Shown in pieces: positions 36,291-48,400 of a stretch of DNA of 64,000 bases. Below the pieces are notes generated by a model. The model was not told the DNA's origin, did not search any database, and worked only from the letters and a program-made list of their open reading frames with translations. Source of the stretch: Nitrospirota bacterium (GTDB lineage Bacteria; Nitrospirota; UBA9217). The translations under genes and the position numbers were made by a program. The stretch lies in assembly GCA_963749655.1 (NCBI GenBank), contig CAVVOB010000014.1, positions 54,199-118,198 on the forward strand, written 5' to 3'. Position 1 is the stretch's first letter, and each line of letters starts with the position of its first letter.

Positions 36291-37371
36291 ATGAAAAAGA
36301 TCATGGCAATAGCAAGCATTGTGTTCGCGGTCGCGGCTCTGCTGTTCGTCGCATGCAGCAGCGGCGACAGCAGCAGCGACAGCAGCGAATCCGACTACCA
36401 CGAGGAATTACCTGGGCACCCAGAGCCCGGGCGACGTGTGGTCCTGGACGATCATCACGGACGCGAAGCGGCAACGGAACGTTCACGGCTACGAATGAGA
36501 CGCTTAGCAAGGACTACTCAGGAACCGTTTCCACACTGCCGAACAAGTTTCTGAAACTGCTCGTGACCGTGACCACGGACACTCCGTAACGGTGCCGGCC
36601 CCGGTCTATGCCCTGGAGGTGCCGGATACGGTGCTTGTCGTGAAACCGGCGAAGGAAGACAGCAACGTTATTGTTGCTGTCGCACTGGGCAATTGCCCGA
36701 CGCAGCCGGCGACATACAACATGGTTGAAATGACAATGCCCGCATGGAGCGCCACGGTGAATTCCTCGTATTCCGTCGCCACGACCACAAACTTCAGCGG
36801 TTCCGTGTTCGATGTCGATGTGCAGTCATATCTCCTGAGCGGGGCCACGGATACGACAAAAACGATAACGGGTTTTTCCTGTTCGAACGGCCGGATCACC
36901 AACCCCGATGGGGGGACGATGACGATCACGCCCTCGGGCATGGTCATCAACGATAACGGACCCGGACAGGGCGGCGCGTCCGGCATGCAGTCGCCCGCAG
37001 CGAACGTCGATCTGAACGACGTGGTCCTGTCGGGGCGCGAGTACCGCGCCGTGTCGTTCGTAAACGCGAATGTCTCCGGCACCGAAGATGTCAAGCCCCA
37101 TTGGGCGAGGTCGAACGGAACGGGCGGGATGACCGGAGGCGATTATTCCGATTTCGAGGCGGGTATCGAGGACGACTTGTCAACGACCTCTACGATCACG
37201 TTCGGCGCTCAGAGCCACCCCGGAGTCGTGAACGGCACGTTCACGGAATCAAGCGGAAACACAACGAACGGCGTGTTCATGATGAACAGGATCAACGGCA
37301 AATATTTCGTTTATGGGATCAAAGAAGAAAGCAACGGCATGGCCGGGATATTCATCGCGATAGAGCAGTAG
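36291..37371 (+). pseudogene. lipoprotein gene with at least three frame changes in its first 300 nt
   Basis: Signal and lipobox LLFVACSS lie in frame 1. NYLGTQSPGDVWSWTIITDA lies in frame 2. GNGTFTATNETLSKDYSGTVSTLPNKFLKLLVTVTTDT lies in frame 3. The rest (ORF 36592..37371) returns to frame 2. Confidence 0.6.
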
Positions 37372-37379
37372 TTTCAATA

Positions 37380-37413
37380 ATCCGGGAGCGGGCTTGCGGG
37401 CCTGCTCCCGGAT
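37380..37413 (+). terminator. terminator-like hairpin
   Basis: ATCCGGGAGC...GCTCCCGGAT with a GC-rich stem and a weak T tract (TTCTCC). Confidence 0.45.
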
Positions 37414-37600
37414 TTCTCCAACCGTATTTGTAGCTTACAACGAGTGAATCGCGCTGCTGATTCAGACTTGCAGTCTGAACCACCCTTTAAAGTTTGGTTC
37501 AGTCTGCAAGATTGAACCAGCGCAGGGACTATGAAACCGGGTTCTGATACGAACAGCGCTTTTCGAACAAAACTCACCATTTTCGAAAGGAGTGATTATT

Positions 37601-39703
37601 ATGAGAAGACCGATCAAGGTTCGTATGCAGGGAAGCGCGAGCAATCTATGGCTGTTCTTGATTGTTTTGTTGCTGTCGGCCATGACCGCATGCAGCAGCG
37701 GCTCCTCGGGAGGCCAGGAAAGCACCACCTCCGCAACTGTTGCGATTTCCATTGATTCATCGTCTCAAGCAGGAAAACTTTCGCCTTTTCTCGGCACTAT
37801 CGACGACATCACGTCCATTACCGTGGATGTTGCGAACGGAGGCGTCTCCGTCATTAGCGACCAGCAGTTGACCTACAGCGGCGGCGTCTGGAGCGGCGCC
37901 CTGCAAGGCCTGCCGATCGGTCCGTCCCTGACTTTTACCGGCCATGCGTACAATGCCTCGGCTGTTGAAATATTCACTGGCACCACGGTACAAACAATGA
38001 CCGGAAGCGGCGATGCAGTCAGCATCATCATGACGCCGGTTTCGAACGGGACCGCCCAGATGTATCCCAGGATAACCAGGATCGTTGTTCCTTCGCAAAT
38101 TTTGACATCAAATACCGTGACCGTCGGCATATCTCTGGAAGGAAACGACGGAGAGACACTTACTTATGCAACAGCGGCCGCGAACCTGGGAGGCAGCTTC
38201 AGCCCGTCAACCGGCACGATCGACCTGAGCGGGACCGCCGCCACCCTTGTCCTCAGCTATACCGCTCCGTCCACGGCCGGGACCTATACCCACTCCATCC
38301 GGGTGACAAACAGCCAGGCGAACTGGGTGGAGACGGGCTTCAGTACGGTGGTTTCAGCCACCGCCAATCCATCCCCGACCGTGCAGTTTGCTCCCGTGAT
38401 CACGGCGCTGGGCGCCGGCAGAAGCGGGTCCCGCGTGACCTTTACCGCGGAAATCAGCGATGCAGGGCCGCTGAATGAGCTGACCTATTCGTGGGTGTTC
38501 GACGGCGGACTAGCCTTCGTCAACAACGCCGCAAACCCCGCCGTGCTGCAGGGATACGATGAAACAAAATCAGGGACCGTGACCTTGACCGTCGCGAACG
38601 GCGCGGGAGGCACAACCACGGTCTCATCCTTTCTCGCGCCGGGACTTTTCCCGGACACGGTGGTTGTAATCCATTCACAGAAAGGAGGGGCGATCCAGGG
38701 GAATAATCTGGACCTCAGCGCGGTGGTTTCGACCTTGACAGGTTCGCCGTCGCAAGTGGGGTGGGCCGACGGAACCGGAGCCGCGGCGAGATTCTACTAC
38801 CCCGCCGGTATAACAACGGACGGAACTAATCTTTATGTCGCGGATTCATCCACTTCGGTCATCCGGAAGATCGTCATTTCCACGGGTGAAGTTACGACCC
38901 TGGCGGGCACTTCGCAAGTGTACGGTTCTGATGACGGGACCGGAGCAGCGGCGCTCTTTTATACTCCCTATGGCATCACGACGGACGGCGCGAATCTTTA
39001 TGTTGCCGATTCCGGCAATCACACCATCCGGAAGATAGTCATTGCCACGGGAGCGGTCACGACTCTGGCAGGGGCTGCGGGCAGTCCGGGTTGGGCTGAT
39101 GGGACCGGGGCGGAAGCGCGTTTTGACTTTCCTTATGGAATCACCACGGATGGGACCAATCTTTATGTTGCCGATTCCACGAACAGAGTCATCCGCAAGA
39201 TCGTGATTGCCACCGGAGCGGTTACAACCTTGGCAGGGACCGCAGGCAGTTCGGGCTGGTCAGACGGGACCGGGCCAATGGCGTGCTTCAGCGTGCCTGC
39301 AGCCGTGACATCGGATGGAACTTATCTGTATGTGGTCGACAGCGGCAATCACACCATCCGGAAGATCGTGATTTCCACGGGTGAGGTTACGACCCTGGCA
39401 GGGACTGGAGGCGTGTCGGGTTCGACTGACGGAACTGGAGCGGCGGCGCTCTTTAATACGCCCTATGGCATCACGATGGACGGCACGAATCTTTATATTG
39501 CCGACAGCGGCAACTTTACCGTCCGGAAGATCGTCATCTCCACGGGAGCGGTCACGACCCTGGCAGGGACTGCCGGCGTGCATGGTCCGGTCGACGGGAC
39601 CGGAGCAGCGGCAAGCTTCTACTCCCCCTGGGGCATCACCACGGATGGAATCGACCTTTATGTTACGGACTATCTCAACAGCACGATCCGGAAAATAAAA
39701 TAA
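37601..39703 (+). CDS. lipoprotein with N-terminal Ig-like modules and a six-bladed NHL-repeat beta-propeller
   Basis: ATG 37601 behind AAAGGAG. Lipobox LSAMTACS. Six repeats of the form GITTDGTNLYVADSxNxxIRKIVIxTGxVTTLAGxxGxxGxxDGTGAxAxF. Confidence 0.8.
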   Translation: MRRPIKVRMQGSASNLWLFLIVLLLSAMTACSSGSSGGQESTTSATVAISIDSSSQAGKLSPFLGTIDDITSITVDVANGGVSVISDQQLTYSGGVWSGALQGLPIGPSLTFTGHAYNASAVEIFTGTTVQTMTGSGDAVSIIMTPVSNGTAQMYPRITRIVVPSQILTSNTVTVGISLEGNDGETLTYATAAANLGGSFSPSTGTIDLSGTAATLVLSYTAPSTAGTYTHSIRVTNSQANWVETGFSTVVSATANPSPTVQFAPVITALGAGRSGSRVTFTAEISDAGPLNELTYSWVFDGGLAFVNNAANPAVLQGYDETKSGTVTLTVANGAGGTTTVSSFLAPGLFPDTVVVIHSQKGGAIQGNNLDLSAVVSTLTGSPSQVGWADGTGAAARFYYPAGITTDGTNLYVADSSTSVIRKIVISTGEVTTLAGTSQVYGSDDGTGAAALFYTPYGITTDGANLYVADSGNHTIRKIVIATGAVTTLAGAAGSPGWADGTGAEARFDFPYGITTDGTNLYVADSTNRVIRKIVIATGAVTTLAGTAGSSGWSDGTGPMACFSVPAAVTSDGTYLYVVDSGNHTIRKIVISTGEVTTLAGTGGVSGSTDGTGAAALFNTPYGITMDGTNLYIADSGNFTVRKIVISTGAVTTLAGTAGVHGPVDGTGAAASFYSPWGITTDGIDLYVTDYLNSTIRKIK

Positions 39704-39713
39704 TATCCCGCAA

Positions 39714-39746
39714 CGAGGGAGCAGGCTTGACGTCCCTGCTCCCTCG
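39714..39746 (+). terminator. terminator-like hairpin
   Basis: CGAGGGAGCAGG-cttgacgt-CCTGCTCCCTCG with no clear T tract. The stem sequence is related to the hairpin at 37380-37413. Confidence 0.4.
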
Positions 39747-39945
39747 CTATATCCGCATGAGACAAAACTGCACCGAAGAGATATTCCTCAGGAATCCGCG
39801 ACACTGAATGCCGGGCATTCTGGGGCCAGATCCTTACTAAAATTGTTAAAGCTGCATTTCCTTGGAATGCATCAAGTTGCGTTCGGCTCTCTTTTACCGT
39901 GCTCGCTGGTTCATCGATGGCAATTCGCTGATGGTGAAAAACGAA

Positions 39946-39974
39946 TTGACTTGACGAACCGCTTAACGTATACT
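39946..39974 (+). promoter_or_regulatory. candidate sigma70 promoter of the Fic gene
   Basis: TTGACT-N17-TATACT, 22 nt before the ATG. Confidence 0.45.
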
Positions 39975-39996
39975 AAACGAACAAAAACGGGCAATC

Positions 39997-41007
39997 ATGG
40001 TATATACGCCGAAATATAAAATTACGTCCCGTCTGGCAGGCCTGCTTGAGAAGATCGCCGAGCTGCGGACGAAGGTCGAATTATCACCAATTTCCGTCCA
40101 GTGGATGCCGCGTTTGGAAAGAGACGCATTCGCCCGCCTTGCCCATACCTCGACTGCCATTGAAGGCAATCCCTTAACGCTCAAGGATGTGGAGATCCTG
40201 TCACAGGGAGTAGACCTCCCGATGGTTCAGCGCCGGTTCAAAAACGAGGTGCTTAACTATCTTGCCGCGCTCCGGCATATCACCGATCATTCCGGAAAGC
40301 GGACTATTGCCGTGAAGGACGTTCTCCGGCTGCACAGCATAGTAGGCAAGGATGCGCTCGAACGGGAGCCGATCGGGGCATTCCGGGACTATCAGGTGGT
40401 AATCCGACAGCATAAACCGCCGAGATATCAGGATGTAATGCGTCTGGTCACTGAGCTTATGGACTGGCTTAATTCCGAGGCGCGGGATCTACCCGCCGTC
40501 ATATCCTCGGCCATCCTGCACTACCAGTTCGAGCATATTCACCCCTTCGGCGACGGAAACGGCAGGGTGGGCCGGCTTCTATCCACATGGGAGCTATACC
40601 GCAGGAAGATCGACACCTATCACATCTTTTCCATTGACGAGGTCTATTGGGAAAAACGCGAGAAATATTTCTCCGCGATTCGTTCTGTCCAGGAGACGGG
40701 AGGAGATTTAACCGGATGGATCGAGTTTGTCGCAGATGCTGTCGTAGTTTCACTGGAAAAGGCATGGAAAAGAATAGAGGTGATCCGGGGCGACACCGCG
40801 GCGGACGCGGAAGAGCTGATTTTGACGCCGAAACAGGAGAGACTCCTGACTCTCCTTCGTCACGCGCCGCTCGGGATCAACGATATTATGAAGGAGCTTC
40901 GCGTTAAAACGCGGGCTGGGGCACACTATATAATTAAACCGCTTATTGAACATAAACTAGTGGCAAGAAAGGGAGGCCATAAAACAGGCAGATACATTAT
41001 CGCATAG
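39997..41007 (+). CDS. Fic family protein with N-terminal inhibitory-helix motif and C-terminal winged helix
   Basis: Fic motif HPFGDGNGRVGR at 40540-40575. S-x3-E-G motif STAIEG at 40150-40167. C-terminal ...KELRVKTRAGAHYIIKPLIEHKLV. Confidence 0.85.
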   Translation: MVYTPKYKITSRLAGLLEKIAELRTKVELSPISVQWMPRLERDAFARLAHTSTAIEGNPLTLKDVEILSQGVDLPMVQRRFKNEVLNYLAALRHITDHSGKRTIAVKDVLRLHSIVGKDALEREPIGAFRDYQVVIRQHKPPRYQDVMRLVTELMDWLNSEARDLPAVISSAILHYQFEHIHPFGDGNGRVGRLLSTWELYRRKIDTYHIFSIDEVYWEKREKYFSAIRSVQETGGDLTGWIEFVADAVVVSLEKAWKRIEVIRGDTAADAEELILTPKQERLLTLLRHAPLGINDIMKELRVKTRAGAHYIIKPLIEHKLVARKGGHKTGRYIIA

Positions 41008-41261
41008 ATACTGTGAGGAAATTCTGCGTCTCGCCGTCACTGCTTTTTCACTCATTCGTCCAAATCTGAAACTACTTCCTGTAGTCAACGATTTCGTTCC
41101 CCTCAAGAATATTGCATTGTTCACTCCGTAACTGATAACCGCCTCTGTCGCTCCATCTCCTGTTGCCCTCTCCTTTTCAATTCAGGCCGACTATACTGTG
41201 AAATATATGAGCTTCTCCCTTTCTTGAAACCCCAGAGGCAGTTCCGTAAAGGAGGATCATT

Positions 41262-42057
41262 ATGAATATGACAGAAGCTATCCATGTTTTTAAGCAGCAG
41301 CATTTAATCGCGCTAAAAAACCGCACGGGAATAAGTTATGCATCCATCTTGGAACGTCTCCAGAAAGATTTTGCTGATCGTCCTGTTGAATCAATAAAGC
41401 CGGATGATATCGTCCACTTCCTTGATTTGTTCACTTCCGGACGGCCAAGAGCACACGCCGATTAAGGTATGCTCAGACCAAGGCATTCTTTAATTTCATT
41501 ATTAATGAATGCGAAGTGGACCTGAAGAATCCCTCGCCTACCCTTTGATCGCTAAACAGTTCAAGAATCCCAAACAAGCAGCACGAAAGATCCTGGACAA
41601 GGAGGTCGTTGATGAAATAATCTATAGCGCAAGATCACCGAGGGACAGGCTGATCCTGGAACTTCAGGCATGATGCGGTCTCAGAATAGGCGAGGTGTTG
41701 AAGTTAAAAGCATCAGACGTTTCGGACAGAAAACTTACGATCCAGGAGCCTAAATCCGGAAAGGAGAGCGAGCTTACTTTTATGCCGGAGCAAATCGCAA
41801 AACGCTTATCCGAGTATATTACCGCGACCAGCATTGGGCCAGAGGAGAGGCTATTTCCGATTTGCTATTCAACTGTACGAGCGTTAATAAAAAAAACTTT
41901 CGGACAAATTCCGAATAAACATTTCCCCTCACGACTTCAGGCGCCATTCAGCAACATATGCCAGCCGCAATGGGTGCCATTGGAAATCGTCTCGAAAGTA
42001 CTTTTGAGACATAACGATCTAAAAACAACCCAAGTTTATTCTGGGCAAGATCACTGA
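41262..42057 (+). pseudogene. tyrosine recombinase/integrase remnant
   Basis: Integrase segments are spread over several frames: RDRLILELQA-TGA(41671-41673)-CGLRIGEVLKLKASDV, then HDFRRHSATYASRNG, then VPLEIVSKVLLRHNDLKTTQVY. There are several frameshifts plus an in-frame stop. Confidence 0.75.
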
Positions 42058-42240
42058 TTCTGAAGCAATCCGCTGGCTTGATATATTGCACGGGAAATAG
42101 ATTGATGGAGGACAGAACAACGCCTCTGGGTTTATTATGCCTTTTTATCATCGTTAAGAATATTTCGCACTCTCGTATTAGATTCGCAATAGCAAATATT
42201 GTGCAAAATAGTGTGATTTTTTTCTTTAAAGTATGATTTT

Positions 42241-42297
42241 ATACCCCAAAAATACCCCGCCTAGGCCATTGACAGGAATTCCATATTACTATATTAA
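42241..42297 (+). promoter_or_regulatory. sigma70-type promoter P4 with upstream TACCC direct repeat
   Basis: ATACCCCAAAAATACCC (42241-42257), then N11, TTGACA (42269-42274), N17 and TATTAA (42292-42297). TATATT at N15 is an alternative -10. Confidence 0.6.
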
Positions 42298-42469
42298 TGC
42301 TTCATCGTAACGCGACATGTCTGAACTGACCCCCTCCGTTTGGACAGTCGTATGCCCTAATCTCTCTGAGTCCAATTATCCTAGAAAAAAAGAAACAATA
42401 CGTGTGGACTTTTTAGGGAGCTGTATTTACGGCGGGTCAATATTATGGCTGCGCCTCAGGAGGATGAAA

Positions 42470-45400
42470 ATGAGTTTACGTCTATTTTCAGTCACGCGTA
42501 TTTTTCTTTTTTCCGTCTTTATAACCGCGGCAGCTGCCTCGCCGGCGCTCTCTTTTGATACGGTCAAAGTAGTGCAAGCAGACGGATTCTTCACATTCCT
42601 GAATGCCAGGCAAATCGTCCGGACATCCTCAGGAAGAATCTACTATTTCACTGGAAGCGGAGCTGGAACGGGTCGCAGCGGATGGATTATGGTGAATACC
42701 TCGGTTGATGGCCAGACGTGGAATCTGCTTGAAAATCATTCATCATGGTATGAGCCTTCCGGCGTCGGTGTCGGCGTGGACAGTCGAAATATCATACATA
42801 TGATAGCGTTTGACGGAACCAAAATACCTTATTACCAGAAATACAACACATTGGACAGCCCCAAGGGCGACGGTTCCTGGGAACCGGTTGAACCACTGGA
42901 GAGTACTGCTGCTCTCTACGGCGCCTGGCAATGCGCTCTCGCATTGGATGCGAACGATGTCCCGCATGTCGTATATCAGTTGTCTGAAAGATACAAGGGA
43001 GAGTATAGAGGGGTCGTCTATTATGCAAACAAGGTCGGCGGAACATGGCATAAGACTGCGATTTGGCCGAAAGAGATTGGCAGCTTTGTGGACAGCGCCA
43101 CCATCGCCGTGGGGCCGGACAATATTCCTTATGTTCTCATGGGTACAAAGATCCTGAAAGGAAACGCGAACGACCCGACCGTTTTCGAATCTCAAGATCT
43201 CGGAGGCGGCAATTCTTTCGTGATCCACCAGAACGGAGATGTCAGAGTGGCATTGACGTTGAATGGTAACTATGCCAATTATCTTCACGACAACACGCAG
43301 GCGTGGACTTCAGGGTGGACAATGTCCGATTCCGGATCCCCGGACGCAGGCGGGCCGCTGATTCTGGTTGACGACGTTCCCTATGAAATAGAACTTCTCA
43401 GCGACGGCATCTGGCTGCGGAAGGAATTCGAAGCTCCTTTTCTTTTTTCAGCGAGAACAGGATATTCTAACTGGTGGAGCGTGACCACGAGATGGAGCTT
43501 CTATAATCACTATGACCCCGGAATGATTGATATCGGAACTCTTGGTCAGGACTCCTATAACTTGGGTTATTTCTATTTGTATGCGAACAATGTCCAGGTT
43601 ACGCCTCCCGATCCCCCTCCGGTGCCGACGGTGATTGATTTCAGCGGAGCCCCCTTGAAGTGGGTTACACCGGTCTATGCTGTATTCGCGGATAAGTCGA
43701 CTTTTCCGGCCGGCAGAACCGCTGTCTCTTGGGCATGGGACTTTGAAAACGATGGGACTGTGGATTCCACAGTGCAGAATCCCACGCACGTCTATACGAC
43801 ACCCGGAACCTATTCCGTCAAGCTGACGGTAACCGATTCGAGTGGAGAGGTGAACTCGAAGGTGAAGGCCGACTATATCGTGGTCGAGACAGATACAGAC
43901 GGTGACCGCTACGGCGATTCGCAGGACAATTGCCCGACCGTTTACAATCCCGATCAGTCTGACATGGACAACGACGGTATCGGCGACGCCTGCGATCAAA
44001 ACCAGGACCTCGTGAAACAAGCGGTTTACCGCACCGGGCTCAAGAAGGAGACTGCGAGCGAGGGTGCCGGAACCGACGTTGCCGCGATCATGATAGACGG
44101 GCTGTACACTGTCGCGAAGCGAATTCAGAAATCCACGGCAGGATACGACATACTGAGCTTCCGGTCCGATCTGGAGTCATCTCGTCTTGCCCAGTGCAAG
44201 ATAAAGCTTTATGTAAACGCCCTCTACAACAATGCTCCCCAGACGGTCCATGTTTATGCATACGCATCTGATGGTCTCGCGGTCCAGACGGGCACGGTGC
44301 TTAATTTCACTCTTTCCCCGGGCTGGAATACCCTAGATTTGAAGTCCCTTCTGGCGTCTATGGATGGTTTCGGCTTCATGAAATTCCGCGTTGCAGCGCC
44401 GGCGAACTGGATCGATATTTCGGAAGGGTCGATAGCGGCCGCGTATAGAGACACATGGGAAATGTCCGTTTCGCCCACGAGCATTGACTTCGGGAGCATC
44501 GAAACTGTCGGCTCCCAGGCGCGCAGGGTCATCGTGAAAAACGTCGGTACGGGGGACCTCATCGTCGGATCCTTTCCATCGCTGGCGGCGCCTTTTTACC
44601 TCAAGTCTGATGAGTGTTCGGGCATGACGCTCGGATCGGGTTTATCGTGCAAGGTATTCGTCAAGTTCGCGCCCACATCGAACGGAACGTACACGGCTTC
44701 CTTGACCGTTACTTCGAATGATGCCGATCATCCGGAGATCGGGATTTCGCTGACAGGGACGGCGGTCAGCGGATCCGGCATTACGGGCACGGTCGCGGAC
44801 GCATCCACAGGCCTCCCCCTGTCCCAGGCCGATATCACTTTCACGATGAAAAGACCGGGAAGTTCGAATCCGGATGACTACTATTACATGTATGGTAACG
44901 CGGTGTCCGCCATTGATCCGGACACTGATCTGGGGTTGTCTTTCACCGCAACGGAGGCCGGCGCTGTTCAGAAAAATGATGAGAGCAAGGTCGTCATCGA
45001 TGGCTCGTTGCTGCTTAAATTCAGAAATCCCTACAACGTCTCCGACCGGGTGAAGTTGACCTGGAACGGACTGGGGGGATATCATGCCAGCGAGGTAACG
45101 GGCCAGAGCTTTGTGTCGGGCATGACGGGAACGCTCACCAAGGTAAGTATTCCTCTCCTACGTAATTTCAGCGTCGACTCCCTGACCGGTACGGTCGTCC
45201 TCTATCTCAAGTCCGCCCTAGGCGCGGAGCAGTCCGCGATCCTCGCGGCAAGCGACCCCGTCGATGTCAACGAACTGTCTGACAGCGTTCCCGCGTGGTT
45301 CGACTTCACGTTCTCAACACCCGCACGCGTTACGAGCGGACAACCTTATTACCTGGAGTTGTACGATACAGGCAGGTACTGGGGAACGGGCAGCGCTTTT

Positions 45401-48400
45401 GATTACGCCAAAGTCTCCTGGCCCTATGCCTATCCCAGTCCCTACCGGAACGGGCGGGGCTACATTCGAACGGACGGACTGTGGAACACGACCTACGGGT
45501 CCATGACCGATTGGTCCTTTGCCTTCAAAACGTATGTCGATTTCCAGCTCGATCAGGATCAAGCATCGTTCTGCTGCCAGGATATGTACGTCCAGGGGGT
45601 GGAAGGGCAGGAGTATGTACTGGCAAGATTCAACCGGCCTGCGGCAGGATGGGAATGGGCTGCATGGACCAATTCGGCAAACGGTTATGATGATACGACC
45701 TTGGAAACAACGTTGAGCGGGAACATGGGGAACTATTATAACGTAGACGGGTGGATCTCTGCGCGTGTGTACAACTACCAACCTTACATCTCAGGATCGA
45801 TATATACACCGTATCTTGCAACTGATCAATTCAGCGTCGAATTCGAAGGAGACAGGACGGTCCGCACAGACGGCGCAGGAGCTTTTTCCCTGTCATCCCT
45901 GCCGAGCGGGACCTACTCGGCCGTCGTGTCTGCACCAGGCTACGCTCCGCAGACGGTAAGCGGCACCCTGGTCCCGGGCCAGACCCAGGTCCTGAGCGTG
46001 AGGCTCACTCCCAATCCGCAGCTCCTGCTCGAGATCACCTCTCCGGCCAACGGAGCCATGCTAAGCGGGACCTTCGTCCAGGTGACGGGCAGGGTGACCA
46101 ATGACGCGTCCGTTACCGTGAATGGCACAGCGGCTTCCGTGTCGAATGGATCATTTGCGGTGGTTATCTATCCCGTCGACGGACAGAATACGATCACGGT
46201 CAATGCCCTGGATCAGTACGGCCAGACGGCAACGCAGACCCTGACCATAACGTGCAGCACCACGTCGAGGATGCTCCTGAACTACACGCTGCTCGATTTC
46301 GGCAAGATAACGAGCGGAACCACGAGCACTCGCGACATAACGGTAGAGAACAACAGTACAACCGCACTCTCCCTCGGCACGGTATCCCGGCCGGCTGATC
46401 CTTTCTGGGTCATCGCAGACACCTGCTCCGGTAAGCTCATTTCTCCGGCCGCAACCTGTACAATCAGCGTTGAGTTTGCCCCCACTTCGGATGGAACCTG
46501 GTACGGGACCCTCACCATTCCGTCAAACGACAGCAACCAGCTTCCCGTGAGCGTAGCTCTGCAGGGGGAAGGGGCGGCTTTTAGCGGCTACTATCTGCCT
46601 GACACGGGCGAACAGAACAATTACCACACCATGAATCCCATGGCCTTTGTCACGACTGCGGTCTCGGCATCTGACAGGAACACGGGGCTCACGTGGCAGC
46701 GGCAGGACGATGCTTCACTCAGGATCTGGACCGAGGCCCAGGGCTACTGCGACAACATGGTCCTGGATGGCTTCGACGACTGGAGGCTTCCTACTGCCCT
46801 TGAACTGACCACGATCGTTGATTACGGAAAGACGGGAACAGTCATCGATGGACAGGTCTTTCCGAATGCTCATGCTGCGGACTATTGGACCGTCATTTCC
46901 CAGACCGATACTGCCTGGGCAGTGAACTTCAGCCTGGGCACCGGGTCCGCGATCTCGTCGTCATCCAAAGCCTATACCCGCTGTGTCCGCGGCACGCGGC
47001 TGTCCCAAGGGTACTTCGAGAACTATGGCAACGGCATAAGGCAAGACAGTTATTCCGGGCTCATGTGGCTCGAGACCTACTTGACCGCGGGAGACAATTC
47101 GATTTCAACGGCACTGAGCACCTGCGACGCCGTCACCTACGGCGAATATTCGGACTGGCGTCTTCCGAATATCAAGGAACTCATCTCCAACACCTATACG
47201 GCCTGCTATCTCAACGATTGTGCCAACTGGTCCTCAACGACGGTGCAGGCGGATACCAACAAGGGCTATACGTATAACGGCTTTGCAGGGACGGACAACA
47301 AAAGCGCTTCGCATGTTTTCCGGTGCGTGCGCGGAGGGAACGTTCGGCCCGCGGATGAACAGGCCCTTGCCCTCACCCCCGCGGTTGCCGACTTCGGGTC
47401 TATTGAGACCGGTTCGGCTGGGTCAGTAAGTGTTACCCTGACGAACAAGGGAACAGCCTCGCTCGTCATCGGTTCGCTTTCTGCGCCAGTATCACCATTC
47501 ACGATGATGTCCGACGGATGCTCAGGTCGCATGCTCGCTGCGAACGGATTCTGTTCGTTCACGCTGGGCTTTGCTCCCACTGTAGCCGGCGTCGTTTCAG
47601 CGACTGTTACCGTACCGTCAAACGACACAGACAATCCGTCAGAGGCCTATTCTTTGATCGGTACCGGCACTTCGCCCAATGCCGTTCTCCAGGGCACGAT
47701 CACAGACGCCCGAACGGGGGCTGCCGTGGACTCTGCGCTCCTTTCCCTGACCGACGGACATTCGACGGTCCATTCTGCAACAACATTATCAAATGGAACT
47801 TTCTCCCTGGGGAGCATTGCCGCAGGAGCATATACCGGCAGCGTATCAAAAGATGGATATGCCCAGTACACCTTCTCGGGAATTATGGCTTCCGGCCAGA
47901 CAGTCGTGATGAACATGCTGTTAACGCCGCTCCCGCCGGTCATAAGCAGCGTCGTTGCGAGCAACCCGACTACTACTTCCGTTGTCATCACCTGGACCAC
48001 GGACAAGGCTGCGAACAGCACTGTGGATTACGGCACAACGACTGAATACGGAAGTACGGTGACTGATACGGCTTACGTCACGAGCCACAGTGTTGCAATA
48101 TCCGGCCTGACACCGTCAACAGCCTACCACTTCAGGGTCACCTCAACCGAGCTGAGCGGCCTCACAACCACGTCGACGGACAACACCTTCTCGACCTTGA
48201 ACCCGATTTCTATTACAATACAAACACCCCAGAACAATGGCACAATATCCCGGCCCGATGTCATGGTGACGGGAACCATAACGAACAGCACCGGAAATGA
48301 GACTGGGATCACGGTGAACGGCATGGTAGCGACAATGGAAGGAAATCAATTCATCATAAACCACGTGCCATTGACCGAGGGCGCGAATACCATATCCGTC

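Noticed and set aside
41671-41673. The in-frame TGA in the recombinase gene, considered as a possible second selenocysteine codon.
   Set aside because: The gene also carries several frameshifts. The position corresponds to a conserved Arg (ELQARCGLRIGE), not a redox Cys. It is a nonsense mutation in a pseudogene.
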